This document shows, one piece after another, positions 41,890 to 49,734 of a stretch of 64,000 nt of DNA. The notes under the pieces were generated by a model. It made no database searches, was not told where the DNA came from, and saw only the letters and a program-made list of their open reading frames with translations. This DNA is from Nitrosopumilaceae archaeon. GTDB lineage: Archaea; Thermoproteota; Nitrososphaeria; Nitrososphaerales; Nitrosopumilaceae. A program made the translations under genes and the position numbers. The stretch covers positions 832,001 through 896,000 of the forward strand of contig OZ242274.1 of assembly GCA_965207375.1 (NCBI GenBank), read 5' to 3'. Within the stretch, counting starts at the first letter, position 1; every line of letters begins with the position of its first letter.

Positions 41890-43614
41890 ATGAATAACGC
41901 AAAATATTTCATACCACTCTTTGTATTGATTCTACTAATCCCATCAAGTTTAGTATATGCTGAATCAACAGGAGTGGATGATAAAACAAATAATGAAAAT
42001 CCACACACACTGGGGGACACAACAGGTTCAGTAGGTAATACATTACTTGATATAACAACTTTGGAATCATACAAGATACATCCAGAAATTACTGAAGAAA
42101 TGCTCGAAGTTCTCCCAGGAGAAAAAGCGCTAACTTTAGATTTTGGTGTAGCATATGACGAACTCAATCTGATAGGTTTTGGAATTGAAGAACACATAAG
42201 AGAAGAGTATGTTGAATATCTTGAAGATTTACCAATCACAATATTTGGCAAACATAATAATGCGATACGTGTAGGCATTGATCCTGAGAAACATGATAAT
42301 TTAGATGAGATTAGAGACAAATTTGATATCATGTATCCTAATGTTGAGATAATTGTAGTTCCTGCATTTGTTGAATATGTGGATAACTCTACAAATTATA
42401 ACGACAAGTTTACAAAAACATCTAAAGTAAACAAGGCAATACCTAATGGTAGGGGATCAATTACAGATACCATCAATATTGCACAACCCGCTACATTAAA
42501 CTCCATGAGTGTAAGCATTACAGTTGATCATGAAGACCATGATGAAATGTATATGAAATTAACATCGCCACAAGGAAAAGTAATAACCGTTTTTAGTAGA
42601 GAACGAGGACATGATGATGGGCTACAGACTTTTACATATTCATCTTCTACAAATTCTGGTTTAGCTAGATTAGCTGGCACCGACATATTTGGAACGTGGA
42701 CTTTGAATATTAGAGACGCTTATACTGGAAATGATATAGGTACCTTGAAAACTTGGACATTAAATTTTGATGCAACACCGGTCAAAACTACAGATGGTAC
42801 AAATACAAATGGTACTGAAAATAACGAGGAAAACCTGATTGAACAATTGCTCAACATAATTTTTGGCGATACCAAATGCAATACATTATCTGATGATTGC
42901 GTACCAAAAGTTGCAGGTAGTTACATTTCATATATTGGCCGTCAAGGTGCTGAAAGTCACAGTTCAATTGGACTTGGAGGTGTAAACACAACTGATGGAA
43001 ATTATGGCTTCCTGATTGCAGGGCATGCACCTGGACATGGGGATCTTGGCAAGATTATCGCCCATGAATTAGTTGATACCAATAGCATTGTGAGTTATAC
43101 AGATGCATTAGGAATAGTATCTATCAATAACAATGCAACTAGATCAGGGTACCTTGCAGCAGACGTTGCATTTGTTGAATATCCACAACAATGTATTACA
43201 ACAGAAGATACGTTATGTTATGGACCTGATAATTATACACCTACTGTAAAACCACTTGAGATTTTCAAATCAAATGGTAAAACATACGATGTTACAGGAA
43301 CTGACAATATGTCTCGTGGTGAATCTGTTGCTACTATAGGGTTTGCTTCAAACAAATTGCTTAAAGGAACTGTATATGATTCATTTGAGCGTATTCCATT
43401 ACCTGATGGATATTACTCATACATGGCATTAACTACTACTCGTACACAAAGTGGTGATAGTGGCGGTCCTGTGTTTACTATACCCAACAGTGATGATGAA
43501 GTAGAGTTTATGGGTATCAATTCAGTTTCTATAACAATTGGTGGTGAAACATATTCGGGGGTTGTTCCTTGGTATAGAATACAAGCAGATCTAGGTTTAC
43601 AACCTATTTCCTAA
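41890..43614 (+). CDS. Secreted trypsin-like (S1) serine protease with an inserted proprotein-convertase P-domain
   Basis: Signal peptide. P-domain ITVDH...MKLTSPQG...GTWTLNIRD...GTLKTWTLNF. Triad AGH / ADVAFV / GDSGGP. Confidence 0.8.
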   Translation: MNNAKYFIPLFVLILLIPSSLVYAESTGVDDKTNNENPHTLGDTTGSVGNTLLDITTLESYKIHPEITEEMLEVLPGEKALTLDFGVAYDELNLIGFGIEEHIREEYVEYLEDLPITIFGKHNNAIRVGIDPEKHDNLDEIRDKFDIMYPNVEIIVVPAFVEYVDNSTNYNDKFTKTSKVNKAIPNGRGSITDTINIAQPATLNSMSVSITVDHEDHDEMYMKLTSPQGKVITVFSRERGHDDGLQTFTYSSSTNSGLARLAGTDIFGTWTLNIRDAYTGNDIGTLKTWTLNFDATPVKTTDGTNTNGTENNEENLIEQLLNIIFGDTKCNTLSDDCVPKVAGSYISYIGRQGAESHSSIGLGGVNTTDGNYGFLIAGHAPGHGDLGKIIAHELVDTNSIVSYTDALGIVSINNNATRSGYLAADVAFVEYPQQCITTEDTLCYGPDNYTPTVKPLEIFKSNGKTYDVTGTDNMSRGESVATIGFASNKLLKGTVYDSFERIPLPDGYYSYMALTTTRTQSGDSGGPVFTIPNSDDEVEFMGINSVSITIGGETYSGVVPWYRIQADLGLQPIS

Positions 43615-43831
43615 TTTTTTATTATTATAATAAAATAAGTATGTGTTCCCGTACTAGGGTGAATTTGTGCCTAAATCATTCCATTATGTCTGAAACATCA
43701 GGCATCTATGTTAACCACCCCGGCGCGTACCTTGATGTATCCCTATTGCGTTTCCGTTCCGTGCCTAATTATTTAGTATATCATTTATAGCTAACGCTAG
43801 CAAGCTTAATACCGGATTTGACATGTACAAA

Positions 43832-44923
43832 TCATTTCTGACGTGCCTTTTCCAATTTAGCAAGCTTGCGCTGATACAATCTTGTATTGTGTGACGAATA
43901 TGGTGTCTTTGTGTTCAGAATATGCCATGATATTGTTATCATCTTGTTTGCAACTGCAACAACTGCAAGTGCATGCTTGTCTGCATGTCGCCTTTTTGCA
44001 GATTCGTATATTGATTTCATCCTAGGGTCATGCATTACTGCTACATTTGCTGCCTCGCACATGGCCCAATTCACTATACTGTTGGTGTCTAGTTTCTTCA
44101 TCCTTCCAAGATATTTTTGATCTCCTGACTGGTGTATGGTAGGACACAGACCTGCCCATGCAACAAGTTTCTTTGGATTATCAAATCTTGAAATGTCTGC
44201 AATTTCGACTGCCAGTAGTAATGAAGTATATGTTCCCATCCCTGTCATGCTTGTCAATAGTTTGGCATACTCGTTGTTTGCTGCCTCTTGTTCTATGTAA
44301 TCATTCATTTTGGTCAATTCTTCGGTCAGATGTCTGATCTGTCGGACATATTGCTACAGAATTATTTCATCATGTATTTCATCAAGAGATACAGACTCTA
44401 GATACTGCATTGTCTTTACTGCATATACTTGTACTGTATCAATTGAGACATCATGTCTGTCTAAAAGACTGCGTACTCTGTTTATCACTCGTGTCCTATC
44501 ATGTACTATCTTGATATGCTGTCGTATCATTGCACGTATTCCTCGTATGTCTGGTTTTGGTACATAACACTCTGGAATCATATCCATTCGTAATACCTGT
44601 GCTATCTTTTGTGCATCCACCTTGTCTGTCTTTTTGCCAGTCTTGGCAATTATGGCCATCTTGTACGTATTTGCAAGCTTGATTGGTATACCTGCTGCCT
44701 CAAATTTAGCATAGGTGATATTCCACATGTTGCCTGTAGTTTCACATGCAGCACTGCATGTTTTTTTGTTTCCTGTGTATTTTCGTGCCATGGTTCCTGC
44801 AAACTTTTTAGCATCTGCTACCGTGTTCATATACTGACAGGTCTCAAGTACTCGTCCTGTACCGTTTATGACGCATACGTCACACTTTTTCTTTCCAATG
44901 TCTATTCCAATGTATGTTTTCAT
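43832..44923 (-). pseudogene. IS110 DEDD recombinase with a single in-frame TAG (44356-44354)
   Basis: GIDIGK, CETTG, KTDKVDA, then CTG TAG CAA in frame, then AWAGLCP..HQSG and VAVANKM. 363 aa if read through. SD ggaggtga upstream. Confidence 0.9.
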
Positions 44924-44944
44924 CCTTTCTTTTCACCTCCTTAC

Positions 44945-45130
44945 GGATGTTTTGACGGATCGGAAGCTGCACACATCTATCAGGGCGCGTAGCCCAATTA
45001 CACAGCAGCTCGGATTGCCCCATTCACGACCAAGGGCGCGTAGCCCATACCTAATCAGGGGTCGATTCATCACTAGTACAGCGCAGGGGTGGTTATCATG
45101 TGTTCACGACGTGAACTCATACCTCAAATG
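44945..45130 (-). ncRNA. Putative bridge RNA of the IS110 element
   Basis: Two stem / internal loop / hairpin units (45018-45061 and 44965-45010), each capped by UGGGCUACGCGCCCU. Located upstream of the recombinase. RNA ends are approximate. Confidence 0.7.
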
Positions 45131-46340
45131 TGGTAAGATGGTCTTCACGGTGTAAAGACTGAATAAATATCACACCTAAATTGGGTGCAAAACTCATGAT
45201 TTTGGTATTTTTACGCTTAACTTGAATTGATACATTCCGTCAAGGTAGGCAGAAAACAAATTTGACTTTAACAGAGATGTACTAGTCATGCCTTTTGCTT
45301 TTGTAGGTGGTGCAACAACAATGGAATAAATGATGCAATGAAATTACATGTACGCAAAATCTTCTCATCAAAACGTGATTCCAGAAAACATTGCCAATCG
45401 TAACATTCCCACTTTCTAAAGTTCCTTATATAGTCAGGCAGTAAAGCATAAGGATCACCACTATCAGCATAAAATATGCTGCCAGGATTTGATCTTGAGG
45501 GAATAGATTGGAAGAATCCCGATGTCAACAGGCTTTTCGAGGTTCTTACTGAAAAATTTGATCAAATGGATAAACAAATTAAAGATCTACAAAAAGACAA
45601 TCATCTAAAAGATGTAAAAAGTGAACAAGTGATTGCAGAAAATAAACAGCTAAAAGAAGAAATGGTTCAACTAAAAAAACTCATAGCAAAACTGCAAAAG
45701 AAAAAAACAAGATCCAGTCATGTCAGTAGCTATAACACCAGAGAGTACAAGGGATACCCAAAGATCAAAAAACAAAAGACACAGCCAAAATATACACAGC
45801 AAGAATCTGAGACTAACAATCTAACCATAGATCACAAGTTTTGTCCACAATGTGGTAATGCTCTTGCAGATTCATCAAGCAAATACACCAGAAACGGTGA
45901 ATCAATAATAGACGGCAAATGGTCTAACGTCAATATGACCATTGTAGGCAGATACTGCAAAAAATGTGCACAAATGCAATATGCAAAACCTGTTGACTTT
46001 TTGTCCAATGAAAAATTTAGCATCACTATAATGGCAAGAATTTCTACAATGAGACACCTGACTATATCGTATGGCAAAATACAGAAACTCTTGCAGATGT
46101 TTTACGGCAAAAATATGGCAATCTCTACACTAGAAAGACTTGATGCGCAAGCCTCAAAATGCCTAGAACCGCTCTACTATTCGCTTCTTGATGAGATTAC
46201 CAAGGCAAAAATCGTAGGAGGTGATGAAACAGGATGGTATCTAAACGGCAAACTATGCTGGGCATGGGTGTTTCATTCGATATACACGGTAGTATATCAC
46301 ATCTCACAATCTAGAAGCAAAATGGTATCTGAGACGTTTC

Positions 46341-47868
46341 GTAAGTGTTAACGTGGTTTTTACGTCTCTAGAGGTATTTTGTCATCTCTTCTAGATAATT
46401 TAATCCAGCATTTCTCCAAGTCATCACACATGAAAACAAATTGCCCAATGTCTCCATGCTTTTTTCGGATCTAATTCCACCACGTATTTTTCTGTGTACA
46501 ACAATCTCACGCAGTGCACGTTCTGCTGTATTGTTGGTAGGAGGTATGGTAGGATCCAGCACAAACCTGAACAGGTTTGGTAGGGCTCGTCCCAGCTTTC
46601 CCATGAATCTTTTGAGATTGTGCAATGGAGTGTATGTATCAATAATCCTCTTTACACGACGATACAGATTGCGCCGTATTTTTTTGCGCCGTTTATACGA
46701 GATACGTGCAGTTATGGTATCTTTTGCATCTTCATATATTTTCTTGAGAGCCTCTTGTGCACCCAGACATTTTTTACATCCACATTTTTGTGTCTCGTGG
46801 TGCATCTCACGCATGATGTGAGCCCAACATCTCTGGATATCATATACCATGTACGGTTTGTGTCCGTCACAGATGATTGTTCCCTTCCAGTCATCTCCTA
46901 GTATCTCTTCGAGTACGTCTCTTCCCCTGCTAGGCCGTACCACATACAGTGCAGTATTTGTACCTGGAATGTAAAATACCCACGCCCATACGTTTTTGCC
47001 GTTTAGATGTATTGATGTCTCATCTATGTGTAACAGGACTGCAGCCCTGATTGCCTTTAGGAGTTGTTTTGTGGGTGCCGTTAGGCACGCACCAACCATG
47101 GTTATTATGTTGTGTGCAGAAGCTGGAGATATTTTGATTCCCCTCAAGGTCAGTGCTTCTGCGTTTCTGCGATGAGGTAGTCTGTCGATATAATTTGCTA
47201 CTGCCTGTGTTACTATATTGTTGCCATAATTGCCTTTTGTAGGAAAATCAGTCTCTGGGATTATGTCTTTTTTGCCACAGTTTTTGCATGAGCACAAATC
47301 TACATGATGACGTGTTGTTTCAGGTTGTACCTGTGGCGGTACTTCTGTAATGTCACGTATCTGTGTTTTGATAATTTTAAGATCTTTTGAGCCACACTCT
47401 GGACATTTTGCTGGCGTGTGTTGTTTGAATTTTGTAGGTTTTGGCTTGCTTGTTGCACCTTTGTGTCCCTTTGGTGCTCCTCGCTCACCTGTTGTTTTCT
47501 TGTTTTTATCCTTGTTTTTATTATCAGTTTTCTTCTTTTCTGGCATCTTGCGTGATGGTGGAGTGTGTGCGTTATCATAAAATTGGAGTTTTTTATTAAG
47601 ATCAGTGGCAATAGTTTTCAAATTGTGTATGTTGTTTTCTAACTCCTTTACTAGATCTTTTAGTTTTTTTTCGTTGTCATCTTTTTTTTGGATCATGGCA
47701 TCTTTCAACTCCATCATCTGTTCGAGTTTTAGATTCTTAGTTCGTTCGGCTTTGTAGAGTTTTTTGAAATCTGTCAATGTATGGTTTGGCTATTTGACCT
47801 CATTTAGATCATGTTGCCAAAAATTTGATCGTAAATGGTCAAAATCTAGGCACGACGTAAACACTTAC
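46341..47868 (-). mobile_element. Intact IS66-family element, 1528 bp
   Basis: TIR gtaagtgttaacgtgg versus gtaagtgtttacgtcg (14/16). 8-bp TSD gacgtttc at 46333-46340 and 47869-47876. Confidence 0.93.
46368..47777 (-). CDS. IS66-family single-ORF transposase
   Basis: Coiled coil, TPPS, GAPKGHKG, CPECG, HIDETS, ICDG, QRCWAH and TNNTAERALR motifs. Confidence 0.93.
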   Translation of the reverse strand: MTDFKKLYKAERTKNLKLEQMMELKDAMIQKKDDNEKKLKDLVKELENNIHNLKTIATDLNKKLQFYDNAHTPPSRKMPEKKKTDNKNKDKNKKTTGERGAPKGHKGATSKPKPTKFKQHTPAKCPECGSKDLKIIKTQIRDITEVPPQVQPETTRHHVDLCSCKNCGKKDIIPETDFPTKGNYGNNIVTQAVANYIDRLPHRRNAEALTLRGIKISPASAHNIITMVGACLTAPTKQLLKAIRAAVLLHIDETSIHLNGKNVWAWVFYIPGTNTALYVVRPSRGRDVLEEILGDDWKGTIICDGHKPYMVYDIQRCWAHIMREMHHETQKCGCKKCLGAQEALKKIYEDAKDTITARISYKRRKKIRRNLYRRVKRIIDTYTPLHNLKRFMGKLGRALPNLFRFVLDPTIPPTNNTAERALREIVVHRKIRGGIRSEKSMETLGNLFSCVMTWRNAGLNYLEEMTKYL

Positions 47869-48587
47869 GACGTTTCTAAAGGATTTTGAGGGCATACTAA
47901 TGGGTGACTCTCATCCTGGATGGAGTGTTGCAGACATACTTCAAAAATGCCTGCTACACTATTTCAGGGACATGTACAGAACGCTTGAAAAAAATGACAA
48001 AAAAGAATTTCAGAGCTTCTTTGATGAACTATACAAGATACTAAAATCTGCAATAAAGCTTGGCAAAAAACATGACACAGTACAGGACATTGCAAAGGGC
48101 AGTATAACCAAACTGCAAAAAAGAATCAATGCACTTGCTACAGGAACATATGAGGATGAAGATTGTCTCAGATATGTAAAGCGACTAAAGCGTGAGGGTA
48201 ACTCTTTGCTGACATTTCTAAAATATGATGGCGTGCCGTACCACAACAACGCAAGCGAGCAGGCAATGCGCATATTTGCCATAATGCGAAAAGTATTCTA
48301 CGGTAGTCGCTCAGAGAAAGGCCTCAAAACCACAGAGATACGTCAAAGCATATTTGCCACATGTGAAAGGCGCGATGTAAATCCGTATCCGTTTGTCAAG
48401 GAATATCTGCGTGGCAATATCAAAGAAATCCCCATGCCAAAAGTCACAGTTGCTGCATGATATAATCAAATGTACAGTGTATAATACACAAAATTTGATG
48501 CTGTATGATCATTTCTATAGTCTGGATATGTTCTGTGCCGGTTCATTGTCGTAAACTGCACTAGGGTTTTGCATGCAGTTTCATGGA

Positions 48588-49145
48588 TCATCTAAAAACC
48601 AGAGTAACTTCAGAAGGTCGATCTGTTACTGCCAATCCTACAAAGATTGGTATTGATATTAGGGCAGCATAGAATATTTTTTGTGCACGTTCAATGTCTT
48701 TTACCTGCATATTGTTTTGTTCCTGATGACTTTTAATGCATGTTATGTATTCTCGTATAAAGTTCTCGTACAGCGATTCTGGCTTGGATATAATAAACTG
48801 ACGTACGGCCTCTTCATTTATTCTGTTATTTTTGTCATCAAAGAGCATGTTATACACAATAGGCTGTCTGTATTTACGCGCCTTGTACGCATCTGACGCT
48901 GATTTTATTGTCCATACGGTAATTGACACTTCAAAGATCAGAACCGCTGCAAGTATTGACCCCATATCCTCTCTGGAATTTATGTCTGTAATGATAAATG
49001 TACCAAACCCAACAAATATGATTGAGATGATGCCAGTTGTTGTGATTAAGCTATTTGCCTTTGTGTCTAATCTTTTTTATGGTAATGTATCGCTGTAACT
49101 GTTCTTTTATTTTTTGCAAAAATATGCTTGGTGACTGTGGTTCAT
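48588..49145 (-). pseudogene. Frameshifted membrane protein with a D-x-K-A motif (Pycsar-effector/DUF5706-like)
   Basis: LDTKANSLITTTGII lies in frame upstream of the tracked ORF. Three hydrophobic helices, with frameshifts near the 5' end. Confidence 0.45.
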
Positions 49146-49353
49146 AAGAGAGTATATGAAGACATCGATATTATTTTAAATAAACATAGCTAACTATTAT
49201 CATGTTATCTGATGACGAACTCAAGAAAAAACCATTACCTTCACTAGGTGGCATCATACGATATCACACTGTAAAAAATACAGACAAAAAAGATAGTGAT
49301 GAGGCTGGATTAACCGATTGAATTACTAAAGCAAATCTAGACTATTGCAATTC

Positions 49354-49626
49354 TTATTTGCCATGATGAGCAAGCTGAGCGCAGATCTTTTTACCGTCTT
49401 GTGTAAGATTGTACAATCTACCTTTTCTATCGTTTGGATTTAGACATTCCACCAAGTTTCGCGTGGTTAATTCTTTCAACGTTTTGCTTACGTGGGCTTG
49501 ATAATATTTTGTTTTTTCAACTATTTCAGTAGGGCACAGTGCGTTTTCTATCAAAGCCACAAGTATTGTTTGTCTATACTTGCTGGCTAGGACATAGCCT
49601 AAATCTGGATGTGGTTCTTCTTTCAT
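49354..49626 (-). CDS. Winged-helix transcription regulator, divergent from the R-M genes
   Basis: YVLASKYRQTIL...PTEI...HVSKTLKEL...LVECLNP..RKGRLYNLT. Confidence 0.85.
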   Translation of the reverse strand: MKEEPHPDLGYVLASKYRQTILVALIENALCPTEIVEKTKYYQAHVSKTLKELTTRNLVECLNPNDRKGRLYNLTQDGKKICAQLAHHGK

Positions 49627-49734
49627 GTATGTATCTTGTAACTAAACCATGCCTGTTCTTTTCTGAATTGTTACAGTTTATCTACAATTTAGAGATCAAT
49701 TATATATAATTTACATACAACATTATCGAGTACG

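Larger units (their letters stand above)
43826..45281 (-). mobile_element. IS110-family element (boundaries tentative)
   Basis: IS110 recombinase plus a long 5' non-coding end. atgtac occurs at 43823-43828 and 45277-45282, and the left junction matches the predicted donor guide (TA-CATCT). No TIRs, as expected for IS110. Confidence 0.6.
45476..48460 (+). pseudogene. IS66-family (ISBst12-like) transposase interrupted by a second IS66
   Basis: Joining 45476-46340 to 47877-48460 restores one 482-aa frame (...MVSETF-LKDFEGILMGDSH...). Zn ribbon, GGDETGW, QKCLLH and HNNASEQAMR motifs. Confidence 0.88.

Noticed and set aside
41760-41890. Cassette promoter motif upstream of the protease
   Set aside because: ttacggc at about 41773 is in the wrong orientation and spacing, so it is not counted as a member.
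44354-44356. TAG as pyrrolysine, and TGA at 29486-29488 as selenocysteine
   Set aside because: Both are single transitions from Gln/Trp codons in accessory genes. No recoding machinery is seen here or known to me in this lineage.
44982-45047. Two identical 15-mers with a 36-nt spacer as a mini-CRISPR
   Set aside because: The repeat is too short, there are only two copies, and each is enclosed by its own outer stem upstream of an IS110 gene.
45181-48580. tgcaaaac / gttttgca as TIRs of the outer IS66
   Set aside because: Only about 8 bp, no GTAA terminus and no TSD. The left copy lies within the probable IS110 leader.
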